From assembly GCA_022813965.1 (NCBI GenBank), contig JALDZS010000055.1, positions 107,272 to 127,271 of the forward strand: 20,000 nucleotides of DNA, read 5' to 3'. The notes under the pieces were generated by a model. The model did no database searches, was not told where the DNA came from, and saw nothing but the letters and a program-made list of their open reading frames with translations. Made by a program: the position numbers and the translations under genes. Within the stretch, counting starts at the first letter, position 1, and each line of letters opens with the position of its first letter. Positions 1-11,246 of the stretch are shown here, one piece after another. Source of the stretch: Toensbergia leucococca (taxonomy: Eukaryota).

Positions 1-929
1 TAACACATCAGTGGGGGCCGCGGCATTGGCATTTGATATTGATCCTCGACGTGTACAAAGACGAGCAAAAAGACTGGCTCCCAAACCGACTAGACCGCGA
101 GTCAACCAACGTCTTGATGGGGCCCAAGAATTAGCAATACTTCAGTATATTAAATAACTCGATGAGATGCATGTATCACCCCGACTGTCTATGCTCAACA
201 ACGCTGCCGATTATCTATCATTCGAAGCCCACTCCGATGCTCTCAAATTACCACCTATCATTGGTCCTAGATGGGTGTTCTGCTTTCTTTGACGCAACCC
301 ACAATTGTATAAACGCAAACAGGCTGCTCTTCCTGTCGAGTGAGCCAATACAGAGAATCCTGCTACAATGAAGGCACATTTTGATACTTTGAACAGTGTA
401 CGAATCCAGAAAAAGGCACTGAAGATGCCGGAATATGGAACATGGATGGGAGTGTCTTTCGTATTGGTTGCGGCGGAGGACATTAGATTGTATCTTTTCA
501 TTCAGATTCATCAATATGTCTGCATGAACCTAATGAAGAGCAAAGCTGGAATCTTTAATAGCAAGGCGAGCTAGCGATCCTCCGAAATATTTCCCTCTGC
601 TGCGAAATACCTCATGATATTGAGAAAAGACTGGTCTATTCCACGGGCAGAAGAACTTGGTCCTCACAGATCGTTGTGATGTTAAGCGTTCAAGAAAACT
701 GGACATAGAAATTGGCGTCTCAGATTCAAAATGGAAGTCGGCATAGAGCATCTATGTGAGTCAGCTAAGTAAATTGTGCAACTTCTTAAAATCTAATTTA
801 TCATTTTACAAGCTTAATAGTTGTTGAGGTCGAGATTAGCATTATCATTATCATAACATTATCTCCAGCCAACTGCACTCGCTCCATGTATACCCGAGTG
901 TAAGTAACAAAACAATCGCACTGTATTCC

Positions 930-1615
930 TTAGCCAAGCACAGCCTGAGAAATACCCGTCCAAATCCCCAGCGTATGTAGTTTCTCATGCGCCACCGGCT
1001 TCTCATGTAATTGCGCGTTGACATTCTCCCAGATCTGCTTGGGATCAGGTCGATCCTTTGCGCCGCCAAGATTCATCTTCATTCGTGTACACACACTCGT
1101 CAGCGCTCGTTTTCCCCACAACATTGTCAGAGAAATCAAACAGATGCTCGTACTCACGTAACTAGGGTTGATAGACCATTTGTAAAGAATGCTGCCGTCC
1201 TTCTTGATGACCAGAACGGCCGGCTGCGCCATTCCGTGCTCGTAGCCTCCTTTGTTCGAAATGGCAACGTCGATTAAGCCCCGCTTCTTGAGCTCGGCGG
1301 CGAGAATGTTCTTCGTGTCGACGATTGCGGTACCGTTATATTTGGAGCCAGTGCGGGTGGCTACGAGGTGCACTTCTTTCTCAGAGGTGACGACCAAGGG
1401 CTTGCCGTTGGCGGCTGTGATTTCGCTCGCAAAAGACTGGAGGCTCTTGAGGTAGGCAACGCAGAATGGGCACCAGTGGCCGCGATAATCTGAGAGAATT
1501 TCTGGTTAGTATGATTATTCCATTGTGTTCTTTCCGGGGTTGGCGACGTACAAATGACGAAGAGGAAATCGGAGCTTTGGAGTAGGGAGTCGAATTCGGC
1601 GACGAGATCGGACAT
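930..1615 (-). CDS. AhpC/TSA (peroxiredoxin-like, thioredoxin-fold) redoxin with CxxC motif; 3 exons, ~180 aa
   Basis: Manual splicing: exon1 1615-1552 (MSDLVAEFDSLLQSSDFLFVI), intron 1551-1490 (GTACGT..TACTAAC..CAG), exon2 1489-1158 (YYRGHWCPFCVAYLKSL..HGMAQPAVLVIKKDGSILYKWSINPSY), intron 1157-1077 (GTGAGT..GCTGAC..AAG), exon3 1076-930 (MNLGGAKDRPD..TAA). The YRGxWCPFC and QPAVLV motifs are typical of AhpC/TSA-like redoxins. Confidence 0.85.
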
Positions 1616-2427
1616 TGTTGAGATTTGAGCAGATTTAGGTGGAGAAAATGTATTTGTCAAAGATGCGGTTCGTGATGAAAGGGTTCTCACGATCGATCAT
1701 ATAGTATTTGGTGATTCTGATGATTCAGTAATCATATGGGGATAAATGCAACCCTTCGTTAAGTCCGCCCCTAATGCCGAAATACCTACACGTCACTCAA
1801 ATTATATGAAAACATCAAATAATACTGTCTCTTTCTTGTGCCATCTTCTTCATTGGCATCATCTTTAAGACCTCTTTCATTTTGCGATTGTCGTAACAAA
1901 GTGAGAAGCGATGACATGAGCTGATTGCAAATTTATCGAAGGAAAAGAGGGTTAACGTAAAGAGAGTGGAATACTATGCGGCACTAAACCCCTTCTAGCT
2001 ACCTAGGTAGCGGGTCCCTTTTTAGATCGTTAACCTAATTCGCCGCATACCTAAGCTCCTAAGGTAGGGGGGAGGGGTGTTATCACGAGTAGATTTCTTA
2101 CCAGTTCTTCCCAGTTCTTCCATGGCAATTGGAAACCCCATAAGCGCGATTGGGAGTGCCAGGAAACCTCGGCTGACACCACTACATCGAACCATTTTGG
2201 CTCTTTGCTACTCTGCCTCCTTCCCACTTCAGCTTGGCGTCAGGATGCGACCATGTCGTGATGTTATGTCGTGATAATCCCATGAGTTCTTTCAGCATGT
2301 TATGACCTGCGCTAACTTTGCCTCTTACATAGCATCTCCAAAATCCTGAGGCCAAATCTGCCTCTCGAGTTGGTGATGTTCGGTATGTTGTCGTTGAAAA
2401 CCAGCTCTTGAATATCCAGTCCTCGCT

Positions 2428-3375
2428 ATGGCCCAAGTGGCAAGCTTGTTTCTTCGAGGCCTGATATCATCTACTCCCAAACCAAATGTCACCACCACTT
2501 CGGTCGCCGCCATTGTAACTGAAGCGGCCCAATCTCCTTGCTTTGCTCTTACGAGTCTTCCCATGGAGCTCCAGCTTCGGATCCTGCACTACTCACTCGT
2601 CTCGCCCTTGCCAATTTTAGACGCCGGCTTTTCTGACTTGGAACGCTTTTATCTTACCGAGGGCGATGAGCGCGGACAGGACAGGATCAATCCTCATATC
2701 CTCTTTACTTGCAAACTCTACTACGTCGAGGGATTAGTCATGTTGTACACTCGCAACACGTTCTTGTACAATCCGCATGACCTGGGATACGTTGATCCTA
2801 TCCCGGCTCACACCTCCCTCACGGGCATCGAACGTCTCTCGATGATTGAAAATCTTTGTGTAAGGCGAGTCTACTATAGAGACGAAGAGCCGATACATAG
2901 AGTAGTCGATGTCATGGATTGGCTAGCCAAATTCACCAACGTGCAGAATTTTCAGGTCGATTTTGCAATTCGTAGCTTTAAGGATGTTAACAGCTTGTCT
3001 TATCCGCTGGACTCGCCTCTCCTGACCAGGCTTATCAGTGACATGACCAGCGAAGCCGAGAGGATATGCAATATCAGAAAACAAGCCATGGGTGGCGATG
3101 GATTGCTGGATACGCTGCTGTTAACGGGCCTCGAAGCTAATGACCCGTTTCTTCGATTCTTCGTGGTTCGAACCATGTCGCGTTTATTGAGGTTGGGGGG
3201 AAGATTCGGCATCATCTCTCACCGATTCCATGGCAAAGCAGCAGACAAATATCGACATCGGCAGCCGCAATTTATCTGGATAGCTGTCAAGGATCTTTCA
3301 GCTTGGATCGAGAAAGAGCGTGAGATGTTTTCGATCAAATTTGAATGTCAGCAACAAATGTTCGCGAGCATTTGA
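2428..3375 (+). CDS. Hypothetical protein with an N-terminal F-box-like motif (fungal LPxE..I / xLxTCK..Y.EG...LY..N.F type), 315 aa
   Basis: Uninterrupted ATG-TGA ORF. Contains LTSLPMELQLRILHYSL (F-box-like) and HILFTCKLYYVEGLVMLYTRNTFLY, a motif pair common in expanded ascomycete F-box-like families. Confidence 0.7.
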   Translation: MAQVASLFLRGLISSTPKPNVTTTSVAAIVTEAAQSPCFALTSLPMELQLRILHYSLVSPLPILDAGFSDLERFYLTEGDERGQDRINPHILFTCKLYYVEGLVMLYTRNTFLYNPHDLGYVDPIPAHTSLTGIERLSMIENLCVRRVYYRDEEPIHRVVDVMDWLAKFTNVQNFQVDFAIRSFKDVNSLSYPLDSPLLTRLISDMTSEAERICNIRKQAMGGDGLLDTLLLTGLEANDPFLRFFVVRTMSRLLRLGGRFGIISHRFHGKAADKYRHRQPQFIWIAVKDLSAWIEKEREMFSIKFECQQQMFASI

Positions 3376-4619
3376 CCATGAATTTAGTCTTGAGCTCGAG
3401 CCCTTCGGTGATGTTGAAGATCATTACGTCGTTCTTATAGAACGGCGAGAAAGGATGAAACAGGCCGGGGAATCAGCCTGACTCGAATCTTTCCTGATTG
3501 ATCAGTGCGGATTATCGGAACAGATTACCTGCGTCAATTCACCAATGAAGATACAATATTTCACATGCTCTGGCAAGGAAAATGCTCCATTCATCACACC
3601 AAAATACCGCACCGATCAGCAACAAACGCAATAATCTGAATGAGGATTGGTGAATGATGAAGTGATAGAATTATTAAGTTTATATCAGGTACTGCGTTCG
3701 TTATTTTTTGGACATCCGAGATCGCAAAAGACTGACAAGTGCTTTAGCATGAACTTTTGTATTCTTTTCAGCTCTCCTTCCTCCAAATTTTTTCATCACC
3801 ATATAATTCAATCATTGAATGATTTCTTAAGCGTCTTACTCCTTTACTCATTTTCTTTGGGGTTGTTAACATAAATTACTGCTTCAGGGCTCTTTACAAA
3901 TATAGAGAACGCTTCTTGGTACCGAGACGTTAGTATGATCACTCGATGTCTTACTTTGCTGGGTAAGAGCTGGCCGTTCTTGATAGGCTTCATCCACGAT
4001 TTCCGCAAATACACTTTCAACGTATGTGATGGCGTGGTCATCACATGTTATATTTGAATATGGATCCGTGAAGGAAAATTCGCTTGTGACTCCAGGCCCG
4101 TCATACTAGAGGTTAGATTCTCCTTCAATGAGTCTTCTCTTAAGCAGCATGGTCAGAATGCAAAATTCCATTGAAATTGAGAGAAATAGCCTTGTCTTTA
4201 CAGATGGCTCTACAATGAGACATCAGGAGAAACCGCTGATTTGTAATAGGACTATCTAGTGTTTATAAAAAAGCAAATGCCGATTGGTTATCAAGATGTG
4301 GCAGCAGAAGAGAATTCGAAATGCATTTTGTTGCATTGATGTTACTTTACTAAAGATTTTCTCATGAGCCTTTGGGCATTTCGGGCGGGGCTCCTCTTCT
4401 ATTTCAAGAAGGTCAAAATCCTCATGCTAAAGTATAGCACTGCTCGACTTGATTATTTACTACCTAGTGTGTCAATTCATTTATATCTCGGAACGTATAT
4501 ATATCACAAATTCTCCATTGACGATCCATGTCTTTCACTCAAGCAATTACTTGAATATACTCCCTCGTTTAGATCCAACATCTGCCTGTCTCTTATCATA
4601 TTTGACAAGAATTGACATC

Positions 4620-5576
4620 ATGCACACTTGCATCTTTTTCGTGCTGTTCTGCGCCATTGTTTGCTGCGTCCGTCTGGCTGCCTCTTCCCCGGTCAACGAT
4701 ACGCTCCAACCAAGGGCCGCGCCGGTAAAGCGCAAATTTACCAGATACGTCGCTCTTGGGGACTCTTACTCGGCGGGTCCAGGATGGGAAACCGGTAGTG
4801 CAGTAAGCAGTATCGGCCCCCTAGGAGAAGACTGCTACCGACGTCACGGAGCCTGGCCGATCCAACTCAAAAACAGCATCGGTCAAGACTGGGATTTCCA
4901 ATTCAGCGCCTGCTCGGGTCTGAACACAACCGAGATCCGCAACGAGCAGATCTTGGCCCGGAACTCGCAGTACGGCAAGCCGGATCTGGTCTCTCTGACC
5001 TCGGGCGGCAACGACGGGGATTCCTTCGCCAAGGTCGTCTTGGACTGTAATTCCCACCTTGTTGGCAACTGTGGCAACGCTATCGATAACGCTCATGCTC
5101 TCGCCTACGACCCGGAAATGGCAAACAACATCGACGCCACGGTCATCGCAGCCGCAAAGACCAATCCCGTCCCGGGCCGCGTCATCATGCTAGTCGGCTA
5201 CCCACGCCTCTACAATCAAGACACCGTCTTCGGCTTTCACATGCACTGCTGGCTCATGCGCTTCCGGCGCCGCCAAATCAACGCCTTGGTCACCCAGATC
5301 AACACCGTCCTCGCAGCTGTTGCCGCCCGCCACAGCCACGCCTCGGGCTACACGGTCATCTTCGTCGATCCGAACATTCACGCTCCGGGCGATCTGAGCT
5401 TCGATGGCCACCGCTTTTGCGAGAAGAGGTCCGAGGGTTTGTGGTTTCAGGATCGCGTTAATCGCAGTCCGAAGGATACAGAGGATTTTTGGATCGGGCT
5501 TTTTCATCCGGACTTGAATGGGCATGCTGCTATTGCTCAGGCGGCGCAGAATGGACTTGCTGCGCTTCCGGCTTAA
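4620..5576 (+). CDS. Secreted SGNH/GDSL hydrolase (SEST-like esterase/lipase), 318 aa
   Basis: First ATG at 4620 (the ORF-track start at 4449 is a TTG). Signal-peptide-like MHTCIFFVLFCAIVCCVRLAASSP and a dibasic KR pro-site. Block I YVALGDSYSAG, block II ACSG, block III LTSGGND, block V LFHPD, plus the FDGHRFCE motif and several Cys typical of SEST-like SGNH enzymes. No intron. Confidence 0.9.
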   Translation: MHTCIFFVLFCAIVCCVRLAASSPVNDTLQPRAAPVKRKFTRYVALGDSYSAGPGWETGSAVSSIGPLGEDCYRRHGAWPIQLKNSIGQDWDFQFSACSGLNTTEIRNEQILARNSQYGKPDLVSLTSGGNDGDSFAKVVLDCNSHLVGNCGNAIDNAHALAYDPEMANNIDATVIAAAKTNPVPGRVIMLVGYPRLYNQDTVFGFHMHCWLMRFRRRQINALVTQINTVLAAVAARHSHASGYTVIFVDPNIHAPGDLSFDGHRFCEKRSEGLWFQDRVNRSPKDTEDFWIGLFHPDLNGHAAIAQAAQNGLAALPA

Positions 5577-5694
5577 GAGTCACTTTTTTGGTTGGCGGCG
5601 TTGGGAGTGCGGCCGGCTTTTTTTCTTCTTCTTTTTGGAATCCTTGTGAACGGAATTTAATGTTATATGTATTTTTTTGGGTGGTGATACATGT

Positions 5695-6118
5695 ACACCC
5701 CCTTTTGACACCTGGAACACTCCCCTCACCTCTTACATAAAAATCATGACCTGATTGCGTCTGAGGGTGAGAAGAATTGAGTTGAAATGTAATACAAAAG
5801 CATTTCTTTTCTTCTAAATGATCTTGCCTTTAGACAACACATGAATAAAAGGATAATAGAGATAGAAGTTGAGGGCAATTGTGATTTAACGTGATGATGC
5901 TTTTGCACTCAGAGGTGAGAAAATTGAGTTAGAACGTAATACAAAAGCATGCTTTTTTTTTCTAAGTTAAAGCCTTTTAAATGATACACAAATCATGAGA
6001 TTACGACATGCAAAAAGTGATGAGGGGATCAAGACAAAATGTGATGCAAAATGATAAGATTTCCCTCAGCGATCATTCACCCGAGGGAGGGTGAGTGTTC
6101 AGGTATCAAAAGGGGTGT
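5695..6118. mobile_element. Putative non-autonomous TIR element (MITE-like), degenerate
   Basis: Left end ACACCCCCTTTTGACACCTGGAACACTC (5695-5722) is an imperfect inverted repeat of GAGTGTTCAGGTATCAAAAGGGGTGT (6093-6118): 25 of 28 positions match, with two 1-nt gaps. Interior is AT-rich with no convincing ORF. No clear TSD. Confidence 0.5.
5763..5965 (+). repeat. Imperfect ~55-bp direct repeat pair (5763-5817 and 5912-5965)
   Basis: GAGGGTGAGAAGAATTGAGTTGAAATGTAATACAAAAGCATTTCTTTTCTTCTAA vs GAGGTGAGAAAATTGAGTTAGAACGTAATACAAAAGCATGCTTTTTTTTTCTAA. Identical 15-bp core GTAATACAAAAGCAT at 5789-5803 and 5936-5950. Confidence 0.8.
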
Positions 6119-6304
6119 CCAGGTGCCAGGTGTCAATTCCCTTATAAAAATCAACACTGAAACATGGTTTTTCGTAGTTCTAGGCACCCGTTCTCCGTAC
6201 AAGGCTGACAACCTTCGCGCCGATTTATTCGTTTAACAAACGCAATTTCATCCTGATCAACTCGAGGCATTCTCAGCGGCGACTTATCGAACGATGAGCT
6301 GTCC

Positions 6305-7634
6305 ATGCCTCCTGCTTTGAGGAAGACTCGCTTTGTTTGTGTCTCGGATACCCACAACTTATCTCCAACAGAAGGTTCATTCAAGTTGCCGAAAGGCGAT
6401 GTACTGATACATGCAGGTGACTTGACCAATCAAGGAAATCTGCCTGAGTTGCGTAAGACATTGGCCTGGATAGAGCAAGCGGATTTCGAAGCAAAGATTG
6501 TGATTGCAGGTACCTAGCTCCGTCCTCCTCAACCGAGATCCATCACTGACCTATATATCAGGCAATCACGACATTACCTTGGATTTGGACTTTTACGCTG
6601 ATCATGGCTTGCAATTTCACAATCAATACCCTCAGGAACCATCGGATTGTATACAGTTACTTAAAGATTCCCCGTCTATCACATACTTAAAACATGAATC
6701 TGCCGAGATCCGTTTGAACAAACAAAACGGTCCACGAACAGCCTTCAAGGTGTTTGGATCTCCCTACTCAATAGTCAACGGTCTTTGGGCGTTTGGATAT
6801 GTACCTGAAAATGGCCCGGAGCTATGGGATCACATACCTTTGAACACTGATATCGTCATTACTCACACCCCTCCCAAATACCATTGCGACGAGTCAAAAG
6901 ATCGAGGAGCAGCGGGTTGCGAGGCTTTACGTCAGACTTTATGGCGTGTCCGACCTCGTCTAGCAGTATGTGGACACGTACACGAAGGCAGAGGTGTTGA
7001 AAGGGTTCTTTGGGATCTGACATCACCGAACGTCAAGTACAAGGAGGAGGACACCTTTTACTGGACCGATCCTGGGCATGATAACAATAAGCAGTGCCTT
7101 TTCGACTTGAGCATCAGAGGAGGAAACCCTCTGGAAAATGATGGCTCCGAAGCCATGGAATCGCAGGCTAAATCCTTGGGAATCAATCCTGGTGACACGC
7201 CTAAAGATTCAGACTCTGCATCACAAATCCCGTTGAGCTCTGCGAGTGAGACGGCGTCATTGCTTCATTCTACAGCGACCTCTGAGTCTGCTTTCTCGAC
7301 TGTTCCTACCTTTCACGCTGTAGGCACTCAGCTTACAAGGCGTCGTTCACTACAGTATGGTGCAGACCTTGACAATCTGAAAGGTTTAGGATCCTCGGGA
7401 TTCCCGAGCACAGGTAATACATATTCAACTGGTCGTGGGCAGGGAGGGAAGCCACCATCGGGGCGATGCGACATGGAAGCTCTACATGGCAGATTGGGAA
7501 GAAAAGAAACTTGCATTATTAACGCTGCCATCAAGGCTACCAATTGGCCACATAAGAGTGCCAAGGGCAAGAAGCACAACAAGCCAATTGTTGTTGATAT
7601 CGATCTACCAATATGGGACGATATATCGGACTGA
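6305..7634 (+). CDS. Calcineurin-like metallophosphoesterase (MPPED/239FB-like); 2 exons, ~425 aa
   Basis: Exon1 6305-6509, intron 6510-6561 (GTACCT..ACTGAC..CAG), exon2 6562-7634. Splicing restores IVIAGNHD. All metallophosphoesterase motifs present: VSDTH, HAGDLT, GNHD, ITHTPP, CGHVHEG. Ends with the ETCIINAA..NKPIVVDIDLP tail after a Ser/Gly-rich insert. Confidence 0.92.
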
Positions 7635-9356
7635 AGTAGGTCCCTCAGCGATTGGGTCCATGTCATGATTCTCATGGCCTTGGCAATGACTACGGTGCCT
7701 TTTCCCGACGTGGCACACGCGTACTTCATGCATTGGACGCCTCCGTATAAATTCAAATTGGAACGTGCATGATGCATGATACATTATGGCGGGGTACTTG
7801 CAGCTTTCCCCCTCGTTGACAGTTTCAGTTTCAAGGTGCCTTGCCCCGCTTTATCTGAAGAGTCTTTCGCACTTCATCGATTTTTTTAAAATGCCTCGTC
7901 TGCAGTGTTTTATTACATAGAGCAGCCTGATCATCGATAAGAAGAAGCCCCTTGGTTGAGCTACTGTGACCAATGATGACAGATCCTGAATGGAAGACTT
8001 TCCGGAGAAATCTTCTTCTCGCTGCAACCTATCCTGGATTAGCAAGCTAAAGTGCTGATGATCATTGACATCAGCGCCGTAAGATGTAATCGTCCACGTA
8101 CAGTAGTCAATAAGCTGCATGACTTGAAGCGCTTGAGGACGTAGAGTAATGCCGTAAGCCTGGCCATTGCGACCCACCGGACTTTTGCCCATCTTTTTAT
8201 GGTAAAGCACTACACCATCAACGTGTTCTAGTATGCCGACGGAAGTGATACTTTGGAGCACTCGCACCGTCCTGGCCTAAGTTGGAAGAAAGGTTGTTGA
8301 TTGGATGGGGTTTAGGTCAGAGAAAGTGCTGTAACCGCCGAAACACAGATGTTGGCAGCAGACACAGGCATTTCCTGCGCTAGTCCATGAAACCTTTCCC
8401 CCGATTCGTTCAGACGTGGCCATCTCCCCCCACTGCCATCAACAGCGGCCCACATGCTGGCGGCCCGTACTGTAAGACATCATCATCGATGGAGGCCTCC
8501 ATGCACCGGCCAGGCTCCCAAACCAATAGTGGGCCCAGGCTATTGTGTGATGAAATGAGCAAGTGCCTGAGGACTCGACTGGTGTAGTTATACTAGAGCA
8601 CAGGAATCCATCGCTGGTAGTTGTAAAGACGTAATGTAGGTAGGCAAACAACGTTGCGATTCACAGCCCCTTCACTGCAAGCCTGGCTCCGATTCACCAC
8701 TCCATTCGCTGAGGCGTATCCTTTGGCATTCCCCCTTCGTCCCAAAGGATTTCAATAAGCCCCATTTATTACTTGGTTCGTTTTGCGTGCCTGGTAATAG
8801 GAACAGGCCATCCGCTTGGTTCTGATTGCCTTGGACCAGGCAAAAGCTTGTGTCTCTCACCTCAGTCTAGTCCGCCCAACCGCTTGTATCAGGTACAGAT
8901 CAGGCTGGTGTCCTCAATCTCACCGCCTCCACAAATCAAGATCAAATCCCATTCCACGACACATCAAAGTCTCCATTAACACTCTCTTCCTGATTCTTCT
9001 CGTACTGTCGACGGCCATCTGTCATTTATTAATAATCCGATTGCTGTTTGCCACCTCGGCTGGGTTCGTCCTGGCCGCTTGTTACGTACCTCGCTAGTGA
9101 ATTGTTGCTTTTCACCCGACCAAAGAATTGCCAGTGCTTCCATCATTCACGAACATCCTCCACCTAAAACCTCGCACCCTCGGTCATCATCTATTCCGTA
9201 CACAGCCACGCGTGATTATCTCACCATTTACCTTACGGCCTTTGTATGCCGTCTCATCCATCCGGTTGTTGTTAAGACCTCTACGACCTCTACGAACACC
9301 CTTCAATGTACAGACCTCCTTGAGAGTAAGCGACTCTCTCACCTACGAACATAGTC

Positions 9357-11246
9357 ATGGAGGATCCTCTTCCTTTTGACCCATATGAAGTCCTCGATAT
9401 AGCGAAAGATGCATCTCTGGCAACGATACGAAGCGCTCACCGGAAGCTGGTCCTCACATGCCACCCAGATAAGGTTTATGATGAGTCAATAAAAGCACAG
9501 AAGTCGGATCAGTTCCACAAGGTCCAGCAATCATACGAGGTCCTCAGTGATGACAACAGGAGGCAGCGACACGACGAGACGGTCAGATTAGCAGTGTTAC
9601 GGGCCGAGATTTTGGCGGAAAAGGGTAGAAGTCGTACGGCACCGGACTCTAGGTCACGGCATGACCCTTCACCTATGTTCGAGGTGAGAGGGGGACGAAT
9701 CTATGAGGAGAGGGTACCAGCTCGAAGTAGATCGTATGAAGAGAATATCATATACGAAGAGCCTCATTCCATGCCAAGCAAGTTCGACGATCGATACAAC
9801 ACCTCGTCTTCGAGGAGATCTTCGGGGCGTGTGCAGGAAGACAAGAGGAAAGTCTGGGAGCTTGACGACGAGCGGGAACGAGAGCGGGAACGACAGAAAA
9901 TTGCAAGAGAGGCTGAGAAACTGGCTTATTCGAATAGTACAAGATCGAGGGAGAAGGGAAGGAGAAGGGATTCTGATATGAAAGAGAGCCGGAAATTCGC
10001 TCAGGCGAGTTACGAAACCGATTCAGACGAAACAGACACCACGTGGACCACCAAACGAGAATCAGAATCAAAGAGGAGGCACGACGATGGTTGGAAGCGA
10101 GATCGAGAGGAGGCTCCGCGAAGAAGTAGCAAACGAGGAGATGACTATGCCGATGATTTGGAATCCAAACACTATCATAGTGCCCGGGATTATATTGAGA
10201 AGTCGAGAGGAGCTATTCCTGTCGACCTTGATCCACGTCGTCCGCTCAATTACAGACATACTTCGTCTGCCGATGTCAGACCTCAACCTCAACCTCAACA
10301 ACGTCCAATACCACCAACAATCGATACTGACACTAGGCCTATATCTCGAAGGACACGCACAGGAACGGAAAGTTCTAGGACATCTCCCAAGGATCGTAGA
10401 GTCACCGAAATCGTTGAGCCTCAGCCAAGTCGAAGCTACGAATCATCTAGTCGAAAGATGCCTGCCATGCCAGCTGCATCATCCGCTCCAAGTAATATCA
10501 AGATTCCTGTAGAAAGTCCTAGAAGAGGACCTCACCGCTCGGCGACCACGCACGCTACACCAGAAGCTAGACAGCCGTCTATTCGTCGAGCAGACACTAT
10601 GCCAGCCTCTTCGCGCCGTGGTGATACAGCTCCACCAAAATCATCTAGACTAAAGCATGCTGAAACCCATGACTCTGGTTACTCAAGTCCTGGGACTCCG
10701 GACGTGCAATACCCAGATCACATCCCTCAGCCACGATCCACGAAAGTCCAATACAAAGTCATAGATGAACAAGACGATCACCGAACCGTCATTGTTGACC
10801 CCGAAGATTCGTACCGCCGTGAGCGCGAACCATCGCCTCCTAAATCATCCCACCGAGCGCCCGATCGTCCTAGCGTCTCGACTCGCGCTTCATCCAGCGC
10901 TCGGATTCCACCCTCTCGCTCTGCCTCCTCTTATTCCTACTCTCCTGACCACCTCCCATCTCCCCGCCTTACACGCGCCGACTCATCAGCTCGAGCTCCT
11001 TCCCTCACAACTCGGCAGTCTTCTCGCAGCGGTCCTCAATTATACGGCGAGGTTACCCCGAAGACGGAAGAACCGTACAAGGTCATGCATACGTCTCCTA
11101 AGCTACGTTCTGAGGATATACGCTACGGTCAATATGAACGTAGAGGCTCGGATCCCTCGAATAGAGATGCGTATCCCGGATCGGCGTGGGCCGATAGTCG
11201 GCTCCGGCCTGGAATGGCAAGACACGAGTCTTCGCATGTCTACTAG
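9357..11246 (+). CDS. DnaJ (J-domain) protein with a long Arg/Ser/Pro-rich disordered C-terminus, 629 aa
   Basis: N-terminal J-domain: DPYEVLDI..IRSAHRKLVLTCHPDK..FHKVQQSYEVLSDDNRRQRHD, with an intact HPD motif. The rest is low-complexity and charged. Single long ORF. Confidence 0.9.
   Translation: MEDPLPFDPYEVLDIAKDASLATIRSAHRKLVLTCHPDKVYDESIKAQKSDQFHKVQQSYEVLSDDNRRQRHDETVRLAVLRAEILAEKGRSRTAPDSRSRHDPSPMFEVRGGRIYEERVPARSRSYEENIIYEEPHSMPSKFDDRYNTSSSRRSSGRVQEDKRKVWELDDERERERERQKIAREAEKLAYSNSTRSREKGRRRDSDMKESRKFAQASYETDSDETDTTWTTKRESESKRRHDDGWKRDREEAPRRSSKRGDDYADDLESKHYHSARDYIEKSRGAIPVDLDPRRPLNYRHTSSADVRPQPQPQQRPIPPTIDTDTRPISRRTRTGTESSRTSPKDRRVTEIVEPQPSRSYESSSRKMPAMPAASSAPSNIKIPVESPRRGPHRSATTHATPEARQPSIRRADTMPASSRRGDTAPPKSSRLKHAETHDSGYSSPGTPDVQYPDHIPQPRSTKVQYKVIDEQDDHRTVIVDPEDSYRREREPSPPKSSHRAPDRPSVSTRASSSARIPPSRSASSYSYSPDHLPSPRLTRADSSARAPSLTTRQSSRSGPQLYGEVTPKTEEPYKVMHTSPKLRSEDIRYGQYERRGSDPSNRDAYPGSAWADSRLRPGMARHESSHVY

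Noticed and set aside
162..751. Several overlapping 68-96 aa ORFs, and an acceptor-like GCTGAC..TAG just before the 530-751 minus ORF
   Set aside because: No recognisable motif, and I could not build a consistent multi-exon model.
1998..2011. Perfect 14-bp palindrome GCTACCTAGGTAGC in the divergent redoxin/F-box-like intergenic region
   Set aside because: TACCTAGGTA-type words are common in ascomycete intergenic DNA, and nothing else supports a function.
4449..4619. N-terminal extension of the SGNH ORF in the ORF track
   Set aside because: It starts at TTG; the ATG at 4620 places a signal peptide at the N-terminus.
5695..6140. Possible CRISPR-like repeat-spacer array
   Set aside because: Only two degenerate direct repeats with a long spacer, in a eukaryotic context with no cas genes.
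7851..8267. 138-aa minus ORF whose YGITLRPQAL segment faintly recalls FAD-dependent monooxygenases
   Set aside because: GTG start, no GxGxxG dinucleotide-binding motif upstream and no other family motifs; the similarity is too weak to call.
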